A stretch of DNA of 64,000 nt, from positions 257,026-321,025 of the forward strand of contig MPNM01000001.1 in NCBI GenBank assembly GCA_002239025.1. Direction: 5' to 3'. The notes under the pieces are model-generated. The model made no database searches. It saw only the letters and a program-made list of their open reading frames with translations, and had not been told where the DNA came from. This stretch comes from Chloroflexi bacterium bin125. GTDB taxonomy: Bacteria > Chloroflexota > Dehalococcoidia > Bin125. Positions within the stretch are counted from its first letter, which is position 1, and the number at the start of each line of letters is the position of its first letter. Of the stretch, positions 57,401-64,000 are shown one piece after another. The position numbers were made by a program, and so were the translations under genes.

Positions 57401-58414
57401 GCGAATCGAGCCGACGAAGCTGCGCAGACCGGACTTGAGATTCGTCGTGGCGTCGATCACCGCCGAAGCCTCGTAGCCCGAGTGGACCATGCAATCGACG
57501 CACTTGGGGTTGCCCGATGCGACGCCATAGTTTTCCCACTCGGTCTCGTCAATCAGCTCCCTGAAGCTCTCGGCGTAGCCCTCGTCCATCAGGTAGCAGG
57601 GCCTCTGCCAGCCGAAGACGGTGTAGGTCGGGTTGCCCCAGGGTGTGCAGTCATAGTCAATTTCGCCTTTGAGGAAATCGAGGAAGAGCTGCGAGTGGTT
57701 GAAGTTCCAGTGCTTGGGCGGGTCGTCGAGGATGTCGCGGAAGAGTTCCTTGGTCTGGTTACGTGCGAGGAAGTGTTCCTGGTCGGGCGCTTTCTCGTAG
57801 GGATAGCCCGGCGAGATCATCAGGCCGTCGACGCCGATCTCCATCAGCTTGTCGAACATCATCCGGATTCGATCTGGCTTCGCCCCGAGGAAGAACGTGC
57901 TGTTCGTGGTGACGCGGAAGCCACGCTCCTTGGCCGCTTCGATTGCGCGAATGGCGACATCCCAGATGCCGTCGCGGCAGACAGAGTCGTCGTGATCCTG
58001 TTCGTACCCGTCGACGTGGACGGAGAACGTCAGGTACGGGTTGGGCTCAAAGTCCTGGAGCTTGCGCTCGAGCAGGATGGCATTGGTGCAGAGGTAGACG
58101 AACTTCTTGCGCTCCGTGTAGCCGTTGGCAATTTCGACGATGTCGTTGTGAATCAGCGGCTCGCCGCCGGCAATGGCGACAACCGGCGCACCGCATTCCT
58201 CGACCGCGTCCCAGCACTGCTGGGGGGTCAGGCGTCGGCGCAGGATGTCGGTGGGGTGCTGAATCTTGCCGCAGCCGGCGCATTCGAGGTTGCACTGCAG
58301 CAGCGGCTCGAGCATCAACACGAGCGGGTAGCGCTCGGTCCGACGCAGGCGCTGACCGACGACGTACTTGCCAACCTGGATTGTCTGTCTGAGAGGGGTG
58401 GCCATCTGGTCCAC
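57398..58414 (-). CDS. hpnH: adenosyl-hopene transferase HpnH (radical SAM)
   Basis: CxxxCxxC 'CNLECAGCGK'. The conserved pattern 'LLQCNLECAGCGKIQHP...FSVHVDG...' is typical of HpnH. 338 aa. Confidence 0.82.
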   Translation of the reverse strand: MDQMATPLRQTIQVGKYVVGQRLRRTERYPLVLMLEPLLQCNLECAGCGKIQHPTDILRRRLTPQQCWDAVEECGAPVVAIAGGEPLIHNDIVEIANGYTERKKFVYLCTNAILLERKLQDFEPNPYLTFSVHVDGYEQDHDDSVCRDGIWDVAIRAIEAAKERGFRVTTNSTFFLGAKPDRIRMMFDKLMEIGVDGLMISPGYPYEKAPDQEHFLARNQTKELFRDILDDPPKHWNFNHSQLFLDFLKGEIDYDCTPWGNPTYTVFGWQRPCYLMDEGYAESFRELIDETEWENYGVASGNPKCVDCMVHSGYEASAVIDATTNLKSGLRSFVGSIR

Positions 58415-58415
58415 T

Positions 58416-59081
58416 CTATTCGCTGGCTAGGATGCGTTCCCCGGACTCCGAGGTTTCTCGCACCTTGTGCAGGTTACTGAATGCTAAAGCGCTGCGGTAG
58501 GCATCGGGTGTGTTGAGGTTGAGTGTGACGATCGGGTTGTCGATTTCCACGAAGATAGTCCGATCGGCATGGCGGCGTCGGATGGCTCGGAGTCCCTGTT
58601 GACGTTCAGTGACGGACTGCAACTCGGGCAGCAGTTCGGAGCGGAAGATTGGCGGATGACCGTTCGTTCCTTCATAGCGAGGGACGACAATCAACGCTTC
58701 GCGTGCGCTCTTCATGACGCCGCAGAGTTCGCCGACAACAGCAGGACTTACCGGTTGATCCACAGAGGCAACCACAATGGCCTCATACGCGGATGACACG
58801 GCGCGAGCCCCGGTCCGGATCGACGAGGCACGCCCTTCCCGCCAGTTTCGATTGGTGGTGATCTGGACATCGGCGCGTGACGGGAGCAGCGGCCTCAATA
58901 GATGTTGGTGAGCACCTAGCACCACGACGACCGGGCCGCAGTCGGCTTCGAGCAACGCTTCGATCTGGGCGACGATCAACGGCTCGCCGTGCCAATCGAG
59001 CAACTGCTTCGGCTGGCCCATGCGCGAAGACTCACCGGCGGCGAGGAGGATGGCGGCGATCATTGGGTCGTGCTTCGTCAA
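58416..59081 (-). CDS. MobA-like NTP transferase (nucleotidyltransferase; MocA-like)
   Basis: 'AAILLAAGESSRMGQPKQLL' and 'VASVDQP', the hallmarks of the MobA-like NTP_transf_3 fold. Ends 2 nt before the hpnH start. Confidence 0.78.
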   Translation of the reverse strand: MTKHDPMIAAILLAAGESSRMGQPKQLLDWHGEPLIVAQIEALLEADCGPVVVVLGAHQHLLRPLLPSRADVQITTNRNWREGRASSIRTGARAVSSAYEAIVVASVDQPVSPAVVGELCGVMKSAREALIVVPRYEGTNGHPPIFRSELLPELQSVTERQQGLRAIRRRHADRTIFVEIDNPIVTLNLNTPDAYRSALAFSNLHKVRETSESGERILASE

Positions 59082-59682
59082 TACGGTCGCGGAGTCGTCG
59101 GAACAGTCGTCGGACTGCGTCTTCGACGTGGTTCACAGCACCGGAGTCGGTGACCTCACCGACACCGTATGGCTGAGCTTCGGACCGAGCAGTCTGTGCA
59201 GCGAGGTCGATGATCCGATCATCGAGCGTCCGACCGCGAACGACGGATTCAATCTGTCGGGCGCGGACGGGATACGGCGCGATGCCGACCAGCATCACGG
59301 CCGCATCGCCATTCATCGAGAGGCGTGCGGCCGCACTGACATCCGAGTTGCCTTTGGCTGCGGCCATCGCTGTTTGCGCTCCCCTGGGCAGACGCGGGAT
59401 ACAGAGATGCTCGGCAGCGACGGCGCCTTCACGACCGTCGATATCGACTCCGCCCTGGGCCAGAAGACGCTCATCGACGCGAGCGGTGTCGCCATCTGCA
59501 AGGTCCAGGTAGGCATCGAGCACGATCAGCGCTGCCGCCAAGGCGTTGTGTCCGGGATCCTCGAGGCAGATGCGGATTGTCGAGACGGAGTCGCCGATGG
59601 CGAACCAGTCGTTCAGTGTGTGCTCGCCCTTGGTCTGCAGATCCAGGACCGTCTGTTGCAGCGGGAGGCGGCGTACTGTCAC
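59032..59682 (-). CDS. hypothetical protein
   Basis: 216 aa, translationally coupled on both sides (GTGA overlap upstream). I considered XdhC/CoxI but could not find its motifs. Confidence 0.4.
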   Translation of the reverse strand: MTVRRLPLQQTVLDLQTKGEHTLNDWFAIGDSVSTIRICLEDPGHNALAAALIVLDAYLDLADGDTARVDERLLAQGGVDIDGREGAVAAEHLCIPRLPRGAQTAMAAAKGNSDVSAAARLSMNGDAAVMLVGIAPYPVRARQIESVVRGRTLDDRIIDLAAQTARSEAQPYGVGEVTDSGAVNHVEDAVRRLFRRLRDRIDEARPNDRRHPPRRR

Positions 59683-60095
59683 GCCGACGAACCACTCGTC
59701 TGGCCCGTCCCTGCACGATCCGCATAGTCCTCGAGCGCACGCTTGAGCGCCGCTGCCGCCAGCACCGAGCAGTGAATCTTGGCCTTCGGTAATCCGCCGA
59801 CCGCATCGACGAAGTCCTGCCGCTTGAGTTTCGCTGCATCATCGATGTTCATGTCGGTCAGGACGACGGTTGACATGCTGCTCGTCGCGATGGCGGCTGG
59901 ACATCCACGGGTCTGAAAGTTTGCCTGGACGATCGTGTCGTCTTCAATGCGCAACATCAGCTTCATGTGATCGCCGCAGACGGGATTGCGGTCTTCGCCG
60001 ACGGCATTCGCGTTCTCCAGGGCGCCCGCGTTGCGCGGGTGCTGGAAGTGGTCAATGACGATGTCGCTGTAGGCGCGCAGGTCTTCGCTGGGCAT
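59679..60095 (-). CDS. NifU/IscU/SufU-like Fe-S cluster scaffold protein
   Basis: 'NPVCGDHM', 'RGCPAAIATSS' and 'KIHCSVLAAAALKRAL' are the three Cys-ligand motifs of the IscU/SufU N-domain. Confidence 0.8.
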   Translation of the reverse strand: MPSEDLRAYSDIVIDHFQHPRNAGALENANAVGEDRNPVCGDHMKLMLRIEDDTIVQANFQTRGCPAAIATSSMSTVVLTDMNIDDAAKLKRQDFVDAVGGLPKAKIHCSVLAAAALKRALEDYADRAGTGQTSGSSA

Positions 60096-60124
60096 GGAAC
60101 CAGTTTAGTCACGCGGCGCGAGCA

Positions 60125-61303
60125 CTACGGTGACGCCGCCAGGTCGAGCAGTATTCGAGTGATCACCCGAAGTGAGCGGCTGCGATCTGTGGGATCGAAC
60201 CACTCGCGGATGCTGTGCTGGTTGTCGGAGCGGCCACCCCAGCTCATCGCGACGGCGGGAACTCCCGCAGAGATGGCTGCGTTCGCGTCGGTGGATGCGG
60301 CGATCAGGCGAGGCTGCAGATCTTCGGCCTCCAACGATCGCTGCGCGGCCTGAACTAGCTCACTCTCGACGGGTGTGAGGCCAGCCGGGCGATCGCCGAT
60401 TTTGGTCACGCCCGGATCTAGCGCGCCTTTGCCCCGGCGTCGCTGCTCCCGCTGATGGCCGTAGCGAATGATCTCCTGTACGTCTTGGTCGAGTTGGCCA
60501 AGCTCACTTGGAGACTCGCTGCGAAGGTCTATGTCCATTTGCGCGACCTCAGGAATGGCGTTGACGGTTTCACCTCCCTGCACGACCCCGACGTTGTAGG
60601 TCGTGCGCGGGTTGCGGGGCACGCGAATATCGGCCAATCGATCGGCCGCAGCCGCGAGTGCGAAGGCCGGATTGTAGCGACCGAAGTGCGCCCAGCTATG
60701 TCCGCCGCTGCTGCGGTACTGCACGTTGTAGCGCCGAGACCCGATGCCGCTATTGACGATGGCGGCTGGATCGGAGTGGTCAATCGTGATGAATGCGCGA
60801 GCGGAGCGTCCCAGGGGAGACTCGAAGAAGAGACGCGCGCCGCGCAGATCGCCACGGCCCTCCTCGCCGACTGTCGCCACGTACGACACATGCTCGGCTG
60901 CTGATGACGCACGCAGCGCTCGCGCAATCGTGAGAATCGCGACCAGTCCGGCAGCCGCGTCGGAGATGCCCGGCGCATGAAACTCGTGCTCGGGAACAAT
61001 CTCCGAGTTGCGATACGGGTTGCGATCGCCCGGCCGCGCCACGACTACCGATTGCTCCGAGCCGAACACGGTATCGAGGTGTGCGCTGAGGACGATTGGA
61101 TTGCCTGCTGCGGCTGGATGTTGGGCAATGACGTTGCCCACTTCGTCGGTGCGCACCTGCAAACCGATTGCTGCGAGCTCTCGCTGGATGTACCGCGCTC
61201 GGTCCTGCTCTTCGCCGGTCGGCGCGGGTATCTCGCAGATCGCGATCTGTTCTTCCAGAATCTCGTCGGCCATCGCCTCGAAGGAATCGAGTAGCGCAGA
61301 CAT
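60125..61303 (-). CDS. M20 family metallopeptidase (ArgE/DapE/PepT-like)
   Basis: 'HLDTV' and 'GEEGRG' metal-ligand contexts. 392 aa. Confidence 0.75.
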   Translation of the reverse strand: MSALLDSFEAMADEILEEQIAICEIPAPTGEEQDRARYIQRELAAIGLQVRTDEVGNVIAQHPAAAGNPIVLSAHLDTVFGSEQSVVVARPGDRNPYRNSEIVPEHEFHAPGISDAAAGLVAILTIARALRASSAAEHVSYVATVGEEGRGDLRGARLFFESPLGRSARAFITIDHSDPAAIVNSGIGSRRYNVQYRSSGGHSWAHFGRYNPAFALAAAADRLADIRVPRNPRTTYNVGVVQGGETVNAIPEVAQMDIDLRSESPSELGQLDQDVQEIIRYGHQREQRRRGKGALDPGVTKIGDRPAGLTPVESELVQAAQRSLEAEDLQPRLIAASTDANAAISAGVPAVAMSWGGRSDNQHSIREWFDPTDRSRSLRVITRILLDLAASP

Positions 61304-61734
61304 CAGATGTCCAGCCCCAGGGCCTCAAAGACCTGTTGGTAGTGGTCCAGGTTGTTCGGTTGGTAGAGCGGGATCGCGAGCGCAATCGTCCCGTCAGGAT
61401 TTGCGACGAATGCGGCGCGCTGGGCGCGTTTGGTCGCCATATCGGCGACGCCGAACGCGCTGGCCGCGTCAAGGTCGGGATCGGACAGCAGCAGGAAGGG
61501 GAAGTAGTGCTCGGCGCTGAACTGCTGATGGTCGTCGCTGGAGTCGCTGGAGATCGCGACTGCATCCGCCTTGAGCTCCCTGACCATCTCGTAGTCATCG
61601 CGGAAGGCGCAAAGCTGCTGCGTACATAAAGGCGTGTTGGCTTCGGTGTAGAACAGGATGAGCAAGGGACCCTCGCCGAGATAGCGGCGGAGCTGGAGCT
61701 CGGTGTCCGGGAGTTGATCACCGATGTCGATCAT
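61303..61734 (-). CDS. bcp: peroxiredoxin, Bcp/PrxQ type
   Basis: 'TPLCTQQLC' has the CxxxxC arrangement on a thioredoxin fold. 143 aa. Confidence 0.8.
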   Translation of the reverse strand: MIDIGDQLPDTELQLRRYLGEGPLLILFYTEANTPLCTQQLCAFRDDYEMVRELKADAVAISSDSSDDHQQFSAEHYFPFLLLSDPDLDAASAFGVADMATKRAQRAAFVANPDGTIALAIPLYQPNNLDHYQQVFEALGLDI

Positions 61735-62882
61735 TGGGTGGTCCAGCCAGGCAATGGGCCGGTCGGCCCACGTGTAAATCCCATCACGGCGATCCGGCCC
61801 AGGCCAGCTGGATCGGTCAGCGTTTCAGCGGCCCGGCGCGCTGCTAGATAGGCAGTAGTGTCGGTATCGGCATCGGCGACGGCCGGTAGCACTGCTGCGC
61901 CGAGGTTGTGCAACCATTCGGCCTGGCTGAGCGCTGGCAACGGGGTCAACCCGGCATCAACGGCCGACTGCGTGACCTGATCGATATCGATGTGGGCCGT
62001 GATGTCCTGCTCTCCAGGATGTAGGTAGGGGTCGTCGCCGGAAACGTGGTTGCGGAAGGTCATCAGTGTTCCGTCGCGTCGCCACGATGCGTAGAGGCGG
62101 TCTCGGGCGTAGCCGTAGTCAAATAGCAGCAACAACCCGCCCTCGGCGACCGCGTCGGCGAGGACTGAGACCGCGTCTGCTCGACCCAGCCCGATTTCCA
62201 CAATCTGTTCGTCGGCGGGCGCCAACTGACTCAACGGCGCAAGCAGTTCCAGATTGGATACGTCACATAACGCATCATGGAAGCCGGCGGCAGCGCTGAA
62301 GTCGACCTGGAGCTCTCGCCAGCGGTCGTCAGTGAACTGAAGACGATGGACTGGCAACGCATCGAGCAGTTCATTAGCGAGGATCAGCTGCTGTTCCCCC
62401 ACCAGCTTGTTGATGCTGTGGATGCCGTGGAAGGATCTGAGCCGCTCCAGTTGCTGGCTTCCTGTCTGCTGATCCCGCTCCACCAGGGTGTAGCGCAACG
62501 ATTTGGCGAGCTCCGTTGAAGTCGTATGGATCTGTCGCAGGAAGGACTCGGCGAGTGCGCCGGTACCCGGTCCGATCTCCGCGACGTGAAACTCGCCGCC
62601 ATCGCCCCGACGCCACAATTCCGTTGCCAGGTGCGCAATGGCTGCTCCGAAGAGTGGATGGACTTCCGGACTGGTGAGGAAGTCCCCATCTCGTCCGATG
62701 GTTGTTCGACCACTTCGGTAGTAGCCGTGCTCAGGGTGATAGAGACACTGATCCATCCACTCGGCGAAGGTCATCGGGCCTTCGCGCTGGATGCGATCAG
62801 CAAGAATTCGGGACAGCGGAGTATCGAGTGATTGTTGGGCGACGGCCAACGGATTGAAGCTGGTTGGGCCGCTTTGGGTCAT
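61731..62882 (-). CDS. SAM-dependent methyltransferase, MidA/NDUFAF7 (DUF185) family
   Basis: 'FHVAEIGPGTGAL' and 'ILANELLDALPVHRL', typical of DUF185. Confidence 0.75.
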   Translation of the reverse strand: MTQSGPTSFNPLAVAQQSLDTPLSRILADRIQREGPMTFAEWMDQCLYHPEHGYYRSGRTTIGRDGDFLTSPEVHPLFGAAIAHLATELWRRGDGGEFHVAEIGPGTGALAESFLRQIHTTSTELAKSLRYTLVERDQQTGSQQLERLRSFHGIHSINKLVGEQQLILANELLDALPVHRLQFTDDRWRELQVDFSAAAGFHDALCDVSNLELLAPLSQLAPADEQIVEIGLGRADAVSVLADAVAEGGLLLLFDYGYARDRLYASWRRDGTLMTFRNHVSGDDPYLHPGEQDITAHIDIDQVTQSAVDAGLTPLPALSQAEWLHNLGAAVLPAVADADTDTTAYLAARRAAETLTDPAGLGRIAVMGFTRGPTGPLPGWTTQ

Positions 62883-62968
62883 GGAATGAGTATACGAACG
62901 ACCGCCTCGGCAAGCGCCGAGGCGGTCGTTGGTTGGGACCTTGATCGGACCTTACAGTGAAGCCCGAC

Positions 62969-63457
62969 TTACTCGCCGGTGACTCCCAGCACGGTCACAC
63001 TGACGCGGCGGTCGCGCGACTCGTCGAGTTCGACCAGGAAGATCGATTGATACTCGCCGATGTGCAATTCACCGCTGAGTACGGGAATGGTCTCAGACGT
63101 GCCCAGCATCATGTGCTGGACGTGAGAGTGACCATTCTCGGGCTCGTTCTCGTGCATGTTGACCGTGCGGATGTCGAAGTCGTTGTGCCGGTAGTAGATC
63201 TCGGGCGGCGCCCACGCGATCAGTCGATCGCGCAGGTCGTTGAGGAGCAGTGGTTCGTGCTCCTGCAGAATGATGGCAGCGGTCGTGTGCTGCGAAAAGA
63301 CGGATACCTGGCCAAATCCCACACCGGATTGGTGAACGATCTCGCGCACCTCTTCGGTGATGTCACGGAACGATGGGCCCTCCTCTGTTCGGTAGGCGAG
63401 CTCGTCGTGAACGTGACGGAAGGCGTTGGCAGGCACTGCGCCATTCACAGCGGACAT
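62969..63457 (-). CDS. yjbQ: YjbQ family (UPF0047) secondary thiamine-phosphate synthase-like protein
   Basis: 'FRDITEEV...VFSQHTTAAIILQE...HMMLGTSETIPV...' matches the YjbQ fold. The start is ambiguous: ATG 63457 or 63490, or TTG 63514. Confidence 0.75.
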   Translation of the reverse strand: MSAVNGAVPANAFRHVHDELAYRTEEGPSFRDITEEVREIVHQSGVGFGQVSVFSQHTTAAIILQEHEPLLLNDLRDRLIAWAPPEIYYRHNDFDIRTVNMHENEPENGHSHVQHMMLGTSETIPVLSGELHIGEYQSIFLVELDESRDRRVSVTVLGVTGE

Positions 63458-63646
63458 GTTGACCGTGCGCAAGGCAGTTGCGTTGGCCATTCCCTTTGGT
63501 TTCTCAGGCTGCAAGATGATCGGATGTAAAGAATGAGATCAGCGCCGGAGGTTGCAGCATTCCCAACGGACGCTTCAAGTGAATATAGCGGAAACCCATC
63601 AGGTGTTGCCGTGTGGTAAACGGTCAACTTGGCTGCAAACGCGGCT

Positions 63647-64000
63647 TCAGCCGCTGCCTTCGGCGATCCGCGTGCGCACTCGCTCGATAAAGTCAGCGAC
63701 TCGGTCCTGGTCTGGAGCGTCGGTCGCGTGCTCCTTGTACTGCTGAAGATCGTCAAGCGCTTCGATGTATTGCCCGGTCTGGTAACAGAGCATGCCTCGA
63801 TCTCGGCGCTCCTCCAATGACCAGGGCGAGAGCGCTAGCAGGAAATCTGTGGCTGCAATGGCTGCGTCGTAATCGCGTTTGCGAACGCTGGCACCCTTGA
63901 GGTTGGTCAGAATGCGCTGCAGGATTTGCCGCTTAGTGACGGATGCCAAGAACGACTCCGGATTCGGTCCGACGCCGCGATTCGTGGCGCGTAACCGGCC
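63647..64000 (-). CDS. TPR-like protein, C-terminal part (5' end outside window)
   Basis: The reading frame stays open to the window edge; the listed 'M' is a TTG. The C-terminal helical repeat is 'LALSPWSLEERRDRGMLCYQTGQYIEALDDL'. Confidence 0.5.
   Translation of the reverse strand, partial: GRLRATNRGVGPNPESFLASVTKRQILQRILTNLKGASVRKRDYDAAIAATDFLLALSPWSLEERRDRGMLCYQTGQYIEALDDLQQYKEHATDAPDQDRVADFIERVRTRIAEGSG

Noticed and set aside
59032-59682. XdhC/CoxI molybdenum-cofactor insertion chaperone assignment for the 216-aa protein next to the MobA-like gene.
   Set aside because: The expected XdhC N-domain ('GSAPR...') and Rossmann-like C-domain motifs are not found, so I left it as hypothetical.
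59020-59727. Plus-strand 235-aa ORF overlapping the minus-strand hypothetical gene.
   Set aside because: The minus-strand frame is translationally coupled to its neighbours and fits the operon direction. The plus-strand translation has no recognisable features.
63440-63660. TPP riboswitch upstream of yjbQ.
   Set aside because: A CUGAGA box is present, but the 'ACCUGAUCUGGAUAAUGCCAGCGUAGGGAA'-type 3' half is absent and the elements are out of order. Without a covariance model I cannot support the call.

Overview
This 64-kb window is about 65% GC and is mostly core genome. Because I have no search tools, every family assignment rests on motif recognition and should be confirmed by HMM or BLAST searches.

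- **Left edge (1-5.6 kb).** A translationally coupled plus-strand operon: thrC (5'-truncated) - folE - FemAB/CelD-like GNAT - MshA-like GT4 glycosyltransferase - PIG-L/LmbE deacetylase - ccsA.
- **Centre (5.9-28.2 kb).** One uninterrupted translation-apparatus super-operon on the plus strand: rpsL-rpsG-fusA-tuf, rpsJ-rplC-rplD-rplW-rplB-rpsS-rplV-rpsC-rplP-rpmC-rpsQ, rplN-rplX-rplE-rpsH-rplF-rplR-rpsE-rpmD-rplO-secY-adk-map-infA, and rpsM-rpsK-rpsD-rpoA-rplQ-truA-rplM-rpsI. rpsN and rpmJ are not at their usual positions. Several proteins carry lineage-specific insertions or extensions; the largest is an approximately 130-aa hydrophilic insertion in SecY.
- **Downstream, minus strand (28.5-34.3 kb).** A six-gene SAM-cycle/salvage operon (apt-mtnP-pfkB kinase-GNAT-ahcY-metK).
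- **34.4-41.4 kb.** A SAM methyltransferase, a Q/D/S-rich lipoprotein, plsX, trxA, an LLM oxidoreductase, a serine hydrolase and a SplB-like radical SAM protein.
- **43-48 kb.** A block whose genes are each separated by members of a modular GC-rich hairpin-repeat family. Two long (~200 bp) copies lie at 28.27-28.48 kb and 44.90-45.09 kb, with shorter copies elsewhere. The block contains a D-aminoacylase, an SMP-30-like protein, a carboxylesterase, nth and an internally deleted nth pseudogene remnant.
- **Right end (48-64 kb).** Lipid/hopanoid-type genes (geranylgeranyl reductase, acyl-CoA dehydrogenase, two SDRs, hpnA-like, hpnG-like, hpnH). hpnH is co-operonic with a MobA-like nucleotidyltransferase, a hypothetical protein and an IscU-like Fe-S scaffold. 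These are followed by an M20 peptidase, bcp, a MidA-type methyltransferase, yjbQ and a partial TPR gene.

I found no rRNA, tRNA, CRISPR array, transposase or integrase.
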